A stretch of 64,000 nucleotides of DNA from Eledone cirrhosa (taxonomy: Eukaryota). Positions within the stretch are counted from its first letter, which is position 1. Every line of letters begins with the position of its first letter. The notes beneath the pieces were generated by a model, which was given only the letters and a program-made list of their open reading frames with translations, had not been told where the DNA came from and made no database searches. The DNA lies in contig OZ024741.1 of the NCBI GenBank assembly GCA_964016885.1, forward strand, positions 48,422,001 through 48,486,000, read 5' to 3'. Position numbers and translations under genes: made by a program. This document shows, in pieces, positions 56,192 through 64,000 of this stretch.

Positions 56192-56335
56192 ATAATAATA
56201 ATGAAAATTATTGTGTACAGTGCTCAGGTGCACTACAACAAAAATCTGTAAGACATACTTAGTGTATACTGTGACTGAGATTGAACTCCAGACAAGGATA
56301 TCTACTGTCTCCAATACCTACCACTAGGCCACTGA
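56192..56335 (-). mobile_element. Degenerate tRNA-derived SINE remnant with a (TTA)n tail
   Basis: The minus strand has A-box-like TGGCCTAGTGG (56331-56321) and B-box-like GAGTTCAATCT (56288-56278), and ends gttgtagtgcacctgagcactgtacacaataattttcattattatta. Confidence 0.6.
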
Positions 56336-56598
56336 GAGGTGTAGTCTTCTCGTTATATTGAAACACTATACTTACTATGGTTGCTTCAATGATTATTGTA
56401 CCTGGCTAATGACTAAAACATTTTGGGTTCAACATTTTATATTACTTCTGTCATGTCTAAATAGCATAAGACAATAATTAACTTGATGTAATGAACCTGT
56501 TTCCATAAATGGCTAAATGTTTGATGCCAGGGAATCAGACAACAGTGGTAGCATTAACTATTAATTCTATCTTTTAGACAAACAATATAATATTTTTT

Positions 56599-56758
56599 GG
56601 CATCCAGCTGTAAAAATCCTGACCAAATTAACAGTTCCATCTGAGAAAAGTACAGCATGACCAATCTGGCCAGACTTGTCTCAAGATGTGGATGACCTGT
56701 CTGACCCATGCAGGCGTTGAAAATGGGCGTTAAACAGTGATGAGGATGATGATGATGA
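56599..56758 (+). mobile_element. SINE 3' half with a (GAT)n tail
   Basis: ggcatccagctgtaaaaa ... gacttgtctcaa ... acctgtctgacccatgca ... gaaaatgggcgttaaa (gat)n is collinear with the copy at 58207-58346. Confidence 0.75.
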
Positions 56759-56871
56759 AAAGAATATGAGCAAATTAAAAGGGACATGCTAATTGAATTA
56801 ATGAAAGAATCAGAGAAAGAGAAATCTTCAGTGAATATTGTTGAAATGCTGTCAAAGTATATAATGATTTA

Positions 56872-57012
56872 GGATAAGTACCAGTCCAGTACTGGGGTCA
56901 ATTCTTCCTCTTTATCACTCTCACTGACAAAGGGGTGTGATGAGTGGAGAGGTGCCATGCTAAAAAGGACCAAATATGAGCATGGAAAATGGACTTAAAA
57001 ACGATGATGATA
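56872..57012 (+). mobile_element. Fragmentary SINE-like remnant
   Basis: Ends gcatggaaaatggacttaaaaacgatgatgat, the same tail family. The ataagtaccagtccagtactggggtc segment at its start resembles SINE body sequence (inference). Confidence 0.5.
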
Positions 57013-57135
57013 AGAATGAATCGCCAACATATGAAAACTGAAGTTGAAGGTCATCCCCATATAAAATGTTTATATTATGAAAGTTCTTGTTGAAGGAGTG
57101 AAAAGGAAACATATTCCCTGTATTCCGTAATAATA

Positions 57136-57430
57136 TTTTTTTTTTTATTGAATTAAGTTTTCATAATTAATTATGTAAATAATGAAAAAAAGGGACAGAG
57201 GGGTAAAGAAGGGTAGAACTGGCTTTAAAGGAAAGGACTATAAATGCCATAAATGAGACGGAAAGAGGGTGACAGGCTTTATGTCTAGGTCAGGGCTGTG
57301 TTTTGGCTGTGCCTTGCAGACAAAACTGCCAAGACATTTCCGTGAATGATGGCCAACAACACCCGCTGCAACAGCCACCCCACTTCTCAGGGCTCCTTCT
57401 TCAGATGGGCTGCTGACGTGCCAATTCCCT
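57136..57430 (-). mobile_element. 3' terminus of a CRE-clade non-LTR retrotransposon (C-terminal codons, 3' UTR, poly(A))
   Basis: The minus strand translates GIGTSAAHLKKEP*EVGWLLQRVLLAIIHGNVLAVL...* (stop 57287-57285), matching the CRE C-terminal motif (EPR..WL.QRISLAI.RGNA..VL). About 140 nt of pyrimidine-rich UTR follows, then AATAAA running into A11 (57146-57136). Confidence 0.75.
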
Positions 57431-57666
57431 TAGACTTATTTCTGTATGGTGTACTAAATAATAATCTTAAGCCTTTCATTACCAAACTTATAACAAAATA
57501 CAATCTATTTGAATTAATTAATCAATTAATTAAGAATTTGAAGGTATTCACTCAAATTATTATTTCATTATTCAGATGGCATTATTAAAAAGGTTGTTAT
57601 ATCAAATTACATTGTAAGATTTTAATTCAAATAGGATCCCTTTAAAATGATTGTGTTTCTTTATAG

Positions 57667-57684
57667 AAGCAGAGGCAGTTATGG
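57667..57684 (+). CDS. Candidate 18-nt coding microexon (SRGSYG), phase 2/2
   Basis: ttgtgtttctttatAG|AAGCAGAGGCAGTTATGG|GTAAGC has a strong acceptor and donor. It splices in frame onto the 59073 exon (GG+C = Gly). Confidence 0.4.
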
Positions 57685-57900
57685 GTAAGCTGGTATCAAA
57701 TCTCTATTATATGGCTACTCATAGCTTGACAGTGTTTAAAAACAAGAAATACAATCTATCAAGCAGTAAATATTTCTCTATCATCTGCCAGAAATTTTGC
57801 CAAAGCAAAAAAAGATGGATAAATAAATGTTACAGTTAGATATTGAGGGTGTAGGGAAGGAAAATCTAAATAATTATCAAATATATTGCTGGGCTGAGAA

Positions 57901-57973
57901 GGACCCCTTCAGCTCATCCAACCCATGCAAGTGTGGAAAAACAGACATAAAAACAATGATAATGATGATGATA
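57901..57973 (+). mobile_element. SINE 3' tail remnant
   Basis: tccaacccatgcaagtgtggaaaaacagacataaaaacaatgataatgatgatgat belongs to the same family as the other (GAT)n-tailed copies. Confidence 0.65.
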
Positions 57974-58055
57974 ATTTGAGTACTTAGTAATTCTGAGTAA
58001 GGATTAAGTCTTTTGGATCTCTCATATTATTCAACCCATATGTTATTCAACTATG

Positions 58056-58346
58056 TAGGTGTCACGACAAAAAGCACCCAGTCCACACTGTAAAGTGGTT
58101 GTGTAGAAGTCATGACAAAAAGCCTGCAGCGCACACTGTAAAGTGACCATAGGTGTCATGACAAAAAGCACCCAGCCCACACTGTAAATGTTGTTGGTGT
58201 TAGGAAGGACATCCAGCTGTAGAAACCAAGCCAGAAACAGCTCTGTATGAGCAAGACAGTCAACTGACCTGACTTGCCTCAAACGGGACAACCTGTCTAA
58301 CTCATGCTAGCATGGAAAATGTACGTTAAATTATGATGATGATGAT
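58056..58346 (+). mobile_element. SINE body and 3' end with an internal triplication of about 47 bp
   Basis: Three copies of taggtgtca(c/t)gacaaaaagcacccag.ccacactgtaaa (58056, 58104, 58150) are followed by ggtgttaggaaggacatccagctgtagaaacc ... catgctagcatggaaaatgtacgttaaa (gat)n. Confidence 0.8.
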
Positions 58347-59072
58347 ATATTATAGAAAGTTACTGATATAACCAATGGGAAACACATTGCCTAAGATGTA
58401 ACAGCTGCCCAGTATTTGTGTACAGTAAAAAACAACCATGTTCAATGAGAAACTTAATAATATAATAGTGTAGTTAATACGAAGCATTGTGAGATATGTA
58501 ATAAAAAGTTTATATAAAAGCTGGTACAATTCAGTAGAAAAATACAAAGTATAAATGATAACACAAAACAAAGCAATGTTTTATTATCAATGTGTTCTTC
58601 CTTAACTGGACTACATGAAATATGCATATGTGAAGTCATTATAGACATCGATAATTCATTTTGTTTTGAACTGTTCCAGCTCTACATTTGAAAAGAGGGT
58701 AGTAGCCTTGAAATATGTTTAAATACATTGGATAAAACACTACTTTTTTGTTTTATTTATCATCCTTTGCTCTTTATATTTTTCTAATGCATTGAATAGG
58801 CTTTTTGAAAATTATTGGTCTTTTATTACATTATAATAATTATAATGGAAACTCAGAATTCTTGAGAAAAGACTGTAACTTTTGTGACTTTGTTACTATC
58901 ATTAGCAATATTTGTTTCATGAAGTTGCTGTTTGATGAAGCATAACACGATTAAAAAGCAAAATCTACAACCAATTTAATCCTAAATCTAATGGCAATAC
59001 TGTTACATATTTCTTCTAAATTCATCAAACATAAATTTTATAATTTTTTTATACATTTTCTTTTATTTACAG

Positions 59073-59263
59073 CTGTTCAGTTGGTCTTGATTTCCAATGT
59101 GGAGGCCACAGCCATGATCAAACCCTTATAAGCCTCTATGAATCTTTAGGGCCATATATCAAAAATTCATCTTTGATAGTAGTTGCTGATCACATAGTTA
59201 TCAACCGTCCAGTTACTTTAGATGCTTTTGCTCAGTTGGGAAAAGTGTATGGTTCTGCAAATG
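59073..59263 (+). CDS. Internal coding exon (191 nt, phase 2 in, phase 1 out) of an unidentified protein
   Basis: Polypyrimidine tract plus ttttatttacAG acceptor and AATG|GTATGT donor. The 63 open codons read CSVGLDFQCGGHSHDQTLISLYESLGPYIKNSSLIVVADHIVINRPVTLDAFAQLGKVYGSAN, and GC is higher than in the flanks. Confidence 0.8.
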
Positions 59264-59523
59264 GTATGTATTATTTATAGATATTTTACTAACACATTTT
59301 GATCTATTATTAGTTAACTAGTCATTTGATATTCAGTTTCTGTCCTTTAAAGGTAAGAAATAAAGATTAAAAAATAATTTTGTTATATCATTTCATATTA
59401 AAGTTAGCTGTCTTCTAACTGCATGTTAACACATTAAGCAAAACATTTGGGGATCGAAATACAAGCCACATATAACACCTTAATGAAGTGTAAATAATGA
59501 CATGTGATGTATATATATATGAA

Positions 59524-59722
59524 TATAAAGATCAGCTGAAAAGTAATAGGCTGACCAAGATACACTAATGGAATGACCAAATGAGGTTTATCTTTCAACA
59601 TAGTCCCTGGAAAGAAACAATGCAGTTATTAATAATAAAAGTTGAAATTAATGCATGCAAGATTTCACAGCTCTAGCATCAATCCTTCAATCAACCTATG
59701 AACATTTCAACCAATCCTCATA
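59524..59722. mobile_element. Tc1/mariner-like internally deleted element (MITE), degenerate
   Basis: Imperfect TIRs of about 31 bp: tataaagatcagctgaaaagtaataggctga (59524-59554) versus the reverse complement of 59691-59722, tatgaggattggttgaaatgttcataggttga. TA occurs at both ends. Confidence 0.65.
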
Positions 59723-60375
59723 TATACAGAAATAAGTCTGTGTTTCATGTGATGTTTTTTTAACTGCTACTTTATATTAAATATGATATAAGAAAATTGA
59801 TATATGAACTTCTCATGTAAGAACATGAGAAATTCAAAGCAACATATAAAAATTTAAGTCATGTTTTCAAATATATATCATTGGTAACAAAATAGAAATA
59901 CAAAAAAAAGCAAATATACAAATGAGTTTTTATATAGATTATTTTATAGATCTGTATATGTGAATGTATATAGGTAGGTAGGCATGTGTAAATATTTGTA
60001 TGTGTAGTTGGTAGAAAAGAAAATGAATAAGTATTGTGTACAAAGAAATAATGTTAGAGCTTCTAAAACATTTCATGTAGATGAAGGATGCTGATTTCAA
60101 GATGAACTATATTAAAATGGAAGGAAAACAATTACACTACATATTGCATAAGGGTGTAACTGGATATTGTTTTACATTCAACATGATTAGTAAGTGCAGA
60201 TGCAATATTTGGTAAACAACTAGTTGTTTTTCTTTTTGCATCTACTCTTTGATGCCTAAATTTTGGTGTGAATATTTAAGTTTGTTTCTATGAAAAAATT
60301 TCTTTACAAATTTAATTCTTTCTTATATTTAAATGTTTACACATAACATCCTCAGAGATTATTGTCAATTTAGTT

Positions 60376-60478
60376 GCATGGCCCAGTCGTTAGGGTGTTG
60401 GAATCACAATCATAAGATAGTGGGTTTGATTCCTAGACAGGCTGGCATGTGTTCTTGAGCAAGATATTTCATTTCATG
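60376..60478 (+). mobile_element. tRNA-derived SINE 5' head, degenerate
   Basis: A-box-like TGGCCCAGTCG (60379) and B-box-like GGTTTGATTCC (60423), followed by gtgttcttgagcaagatattt, which resembles the GTGTCCTTGRGCAAG motif found after the tRNA part in many SINEs. Confidence 0.65.
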
Positions 60479-60603
60479 ATAGGACTGGGATCCCTGTCAT
60501 TAAAACATTCTTGAAACCTCTTATATGATGCAATCTTATAGGAGACCAGCTAAGACTGAAAGCATGCATCATTTTTTCTGAACATTACAAATGAAATAAT
60601 AGA

Positions 60604-60822
60604 TTAACCCTTTCATGACTGTATTTCTCATTTTAATTAATTAATGAAGACTTTGAGGGATTTTCTAAAATTATTATTTCATTAAGATAGTAACTTAATG
60701 TAAGGTTTTCATATAAAATTATGTTGGAAGATTTTAATTTAAATTGGAAACCTTTAAAATCGATGGATTTATTTCAGAGCACGAGAGCTGGTTTTTGGCT
60801 AGGTTGGTAACTAAAGGGTTAA
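60604..60822. mobile_element. piggyBac-like (TTAA-target) MITE of about 211 bp
   Basis: TTAA|CCCTTTcatgac ... gtaactAAAGGG|TTAA: CCC/GGG termini, short imperfect TIRs and TTAA on both sides. Confidence 0.7.
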
Positions 60823-61014
60823 GATAGAAAGATGATATAGGGTATATTGATCTAGTAGCAGAATGGAACATTGTAAGTGAAAATGATCATGTAAAGGGCC
60901 AGGCGGGGCTTTAATTTTAGTAATCTGTTTGACCACCATTCAGTAGAAACTGCTAGCAATTGCTTCAGTTTGTAAAGTTCTATTTTAAGAACAGGATATC
61001 TTCAGAGGTTTTGG

Positions 61015-61593
61015 GAGTCATTGTATGAGTGTCATCGGATTGGGCGAATTGCCTGGGCCAACTCCACTCTTCCTATCCAGATGTCCCTGTCCTCCTTCAC
61101 TTTTTTCAACATCTTTAGTCAGATGGTTCTTATAGATTATCCAATAGTACCTGATGAGAGAATGTCCATGGGTTGGCATCCTCAAAAGAAGACTGCTAAC
61201 AAGCTCGTCTTTGCTTCAGTAGCAGTTGTCTAGTGTATCTTACCCTTCTTTCGCTGACTAAAACTGATACAGGAGGGATCTGTCCATATAGCTCTTTTTG
61301 TCGAGGAATGCTGCTTCCAGGATCTGTTCAGCACTATGTGCAACATTAGGGTGCATGTCCCATCAAGCTTGTTCTCTAATTTTTGTGTTATTGTCCAGGC
61401 TGAGGAGCCATACAAAAGAGGTTGAAAGATTTACCTACTTTAGAAGTTTTATTTCATCCACTGAGAGATATATAACTACTGATTGCTAAAGCATGGAGTG
61501 CTCTCAATAGCCTCAGTCCAATCTGGAAGTCTTCCCTAAGTAACAAAATGAAGTTAGGCTGGCTTCTTCAGAGCTGTAGTTGAGTCATTGTAT
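61015..61593 (-). mobile_element. 5'-truncated RTE-type LINE with an inverted 5' segment and a 12-bp TSD
   Basis: Minus 61418 to 61027 encodes LYGSSAWTITQKLENKLDGT..WKQH..KELYGQIP..ERR..SKDELVSSLL..EDRDIW. Plus 61415 to 61587 encodes the immediately preceding segment, EVERFTY..IAKAWSALNSL..IWKS.L..K..FFRAVVES. gagtcattgtat occurs at 61015-61026 and 61582-61593. Confidence 0.85.
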
Positions 61594-62014
61594 ATTCATG
61601 TCACAAATACATACAACTAAAGAGTGACAGCAGAAATTATTACACCAAAAAAAAACTACAACACATCTCATCACCAGGAAAGAATAATCAATTGTAGGTA
61701 GAAAGCAAACATCTTTCTCTTATAAACAGGAATATGTTACTAGGTTCAAGCATGACAAGTTCATATTTATTGCAGCTATTTTATGTCTCTGGACAACAAC
61801 ACACTTTATTTTACATGCCTCACTCATCCCTTATATTAGATATTTTCTCAATCTATCCAAAAGAAAATTAACCTCACAACTGGTTAATGAGTTAACCAAT
61901 GAGACAACCTCTATGTGTTTGTTTGACCTGATAGAAATAGCAGCCTATTTTCCTTCTAATTATTCTTACATGTCTTAAAAAAGAACAGTACTGGACAATG
62001 TAGTCTTGTGGTGA

Positions 62015-62444
62015 ACTTCTTCGCCCACTTATTCCTGAGAGGGTCGTGGGGGCAGAGTCCTCAAACACTCCTTCCAGCAGGTCCTGTCAGAAGCAACCAT
62101 TTCCAACTGATCCAGCTGGATCCTCAAATAAGACCAGCTAAGTTCATCTTGCTTGGGGTCTACCTCTGGGTCTCTTGTTGATTGGTTTTGCCTGTAAAAT
62201 CTGCCCAGCAATTCTTTCTTGAAACATTCTAACCCATAGTATTGGAGCTGTGATCTGTCAGGAGAAGTAGTGGCTCTACCTGAAGATATTCCCTGATGTA
62301 CAAGGGCGACTCTGAGCAAGATGGTTGGATAGCATCCAGGAGCTTGGCTGCTCTGGAGATGGTTGCTTTTGATAGAACCCACTGGAAGGAGTGTTTGAGG
62401 ACTCTGCCCCCATGACCCTCTCAGGAATAAGTGGGCAAAGGAGT
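62015..62444. mobile_element. Two 3' ends of one RTE-type LINE family joined head-to-head, forming 91-bp terminal inverted repeats
   Basis: 62015-62105 is the reverse complement of 62354-62444 with about 9 mismatches. The arms encode LEMVASDRTCWKECLRTLPPRPSQE* (minus) and LEMVAFDRTHWKECLRTLPP (plus), each preceded by an RPRGRP/GR..RWLD-like motif. Confidence 0.8.
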
Positions 62445-62877
62445 AAAAATCTATTACATGGGGAAAATATTATAAGAGCTGCCTAACTATGAAAACAGTT
62501 TATGTGCCTTAGAAATATGGTAGGGTTTCACATCTGTATTATAATTTCAAAAACTTTAATCAACTGAAATTTTCCAATCAAGTTTTACACAAAAACGCCC
62601 TCTGGGTATTTTAAATAGTATAAGACCAACAAGGGAGATAACTCTATTCACATCATTTGGACAATATAGACAATGTAGATAGGAATGTGTTTGGTCTTTA
62701 AAGTCAGTTGGCGAAAAAAAACAAACAAACGTGTCTCTGTCTTGTTAGTAGAATATCCTTTGCCCGGAAGTTCTAAGCTGAAAAGATTAAGAGTGACCAA
62801 TGTATATATATATATTAAAAACAAAAAGAATAGAGGGAAAATGGTGAAACTTGCTGAGGTTTGCACACTGAACACAA

Positions 62878-63286
62878 TCTACTTATATATATAACCAGCA
62901 ATTTCTCTGTCTGTCTGTCCGACAGTGGAAACACGTGAGTGTGAAAGAAAGAGACAGACTACCAGAGGGGGATAGCGGGAGGGAGAGAAAGAGAGTCAAT
63001 AGACGCTAAAACACGTGCTATAGAAACATTACCTTCCCCTCTCCACTGACTTTGGTCACTGAGGCCGAGGGAATCGCTGGTTGCTATAGAGACACCTTGC
63101 ACAAGCCAGAAGTAACCAGTTCGAGGCGGTTCTGACTTGACTCCATGCGAAGAAGGTTGCCATTGAATTTGTGGTTGTTGCTGCTGATAATAAGGACCAT
63201 TTGAAGAAGGTTGCTGCTGATGAGGTAATTTATTAATCAGATTGTGCAGTTCCATAACCTACGTTTGATTTGTTCAATTTTTTTGT

Positions 63287-63319
<33 letters not shown>

Positions 63320-63733
63320 CTTATTGAAAAAATATAAATAATAAAATAAGGTTAGAAATTTAAATACAATTAAATACGATTTAATTTCCATTTCCAGCAG
63401 CCAATGTCCAGTGTTCAATTTCATGAAAAAATTAGAAATAATTCAAAAAATTGAAGTTTAACTTTTGAACATTTGTTTTGACAATAAAAAAATATTTCCT
63501 TATTCACACCTAATGGTATGATTAAAATTTCATAGGAATATTTTTTTCTAACCGCCAGTTATTGAAATATTATTAAAAATAAATTTTTTTTTTTAAAAGA
63601 ATGGAAGATTTTGTGGATTTTTTTACCACCTTCCAAGCCTTAAACACTAATTCTCGCGAATTTGTGTTTTGTAATGACCCTCAGGACGCTGCTATTGTTG
63701 ATTCCAATAGTGCCTGGTATTCGAATATGTTAG
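62878..63733 (+). mobile_element. Non-autonomous Helitron-like element
   Basis: The 5' end is A|TCTACTTATATATATAA followed by (CTGT)n. A 3' hairpin cagg..ctattg/caatag..cctg (63682-63716) lies about 13 nt before TTAG|T (a CTAG-like terminus). There is no TSD. The 3' boundary is less certain than the 5'. Confidence 0.6.
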
Positions 63734-63869
63734 TATACAATTTTTTGAATAAAATTAAGGCGCAATTAGAGCTGCCAAACAAAATTTTTTTCGGCTTCGG
63801 CCCATATTATATATATATATATAATGGGGATGATGATGATGATATACATAGTTACATATGTATATGTAA

Positions 63870-64000
63870 TCTCCTTATAATATATAACCAGCAAATTCTC
63901 TGTCTGTCTGTCCGACAGTGGAAACACGTGCGCGCGTGCGAATGTTTTTTGCGCACGCATAGAGAGAGAGTGAGAGTGAAAGAAAGAGACAGACTACGAG
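63870..64000 (+). mobile_element. Second copy of the same Helitron-like element, 5' end only (runs off the window)
   Basis: A|TC start. tatataaccagcaa(a/t)ttctctgtctgtctgtccgacagtggaaacacgtg and gtgaaagaaagagacagactac match 62888-62962. Confidence 0.7.

Noticed and set aside
57346-57588. + strand 80-aa ORF
   Set aside because: It is antisense to the CRE C-terminus and runs on into AT-rich sequence.
56554-58648. Short ORFs at 56554, 57651, 58043, 58350 and 58454
   Set aside because: They overlap SINE remnants or low-complexity AT-rich DNA and have no coherent protein features, apart from the separately listed microexon, which is read in a different frame.
60376-60440. tRNA gene
   Set aside because: The A and B boxes are degenerate, there is no cloverleaf, and SINE body sequence follows; the same applies to 56278-56331.
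61870-62005. Possible additional interspersed repeat (tgtttgacctgatagaaatagcagcc...), weakly similar to 60925-60960
   Set aside because: Too degenerate to define boundaries or class from this window alone.
62648-62894. Overlapping ORFs on both strands, and the ORF at 63766-63960
   Set aside because: Low-complexity, microsatellite-containing repeat sequence without splice or homology support.

Overview
AT-rich eukaryotic (metazoan) genomic DNA; its SINE, MITE and LINE remnants resemble cephalopod (octopus-type) repeats, which is an inference. Bases 1-52,634 are one uninterrupted head-to-tail array of a 43-bp satellite (consensus CCACACTGTATTGCCCTCTACCATYCTCAATCTTCATRTAAAC, about 1,220 copies, running off the left edge). 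The array has nested kb-scale higher-order duplications (about 0.3, 1.3-1.7, 3.0, 5.2, 5.6 and 32 kb) and an edge zone without them. All ORFs listed in the array are repeat artefacts. The last 11.4 kb is intron-like and repeat-rich. It holds a 51/56-bp minisatellite interrupted by a decayed CRE-clade retrotransposon RT fragment with a 30-bp target-site duplication, plus a separate inverted CRE 3' end with poly(A). It also contains several SINE remnants, mariner-like and TTAA-type MITEs, an RTE-type LINE with a twin-priming-like 5' inversion, two LINE 3' ends fused head-to-head into a 91-bp inverted repeat, and two Helitron-like elements. One good internal coding exon (59,073-59,263, +) and a candidate in-frame 18-nt microexon (57,667-57,684) suggest that the region, possibly including the whole satellite, lies inside a + strand gene. 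No prokaryotic system, CRISPR array or intact gene is present.
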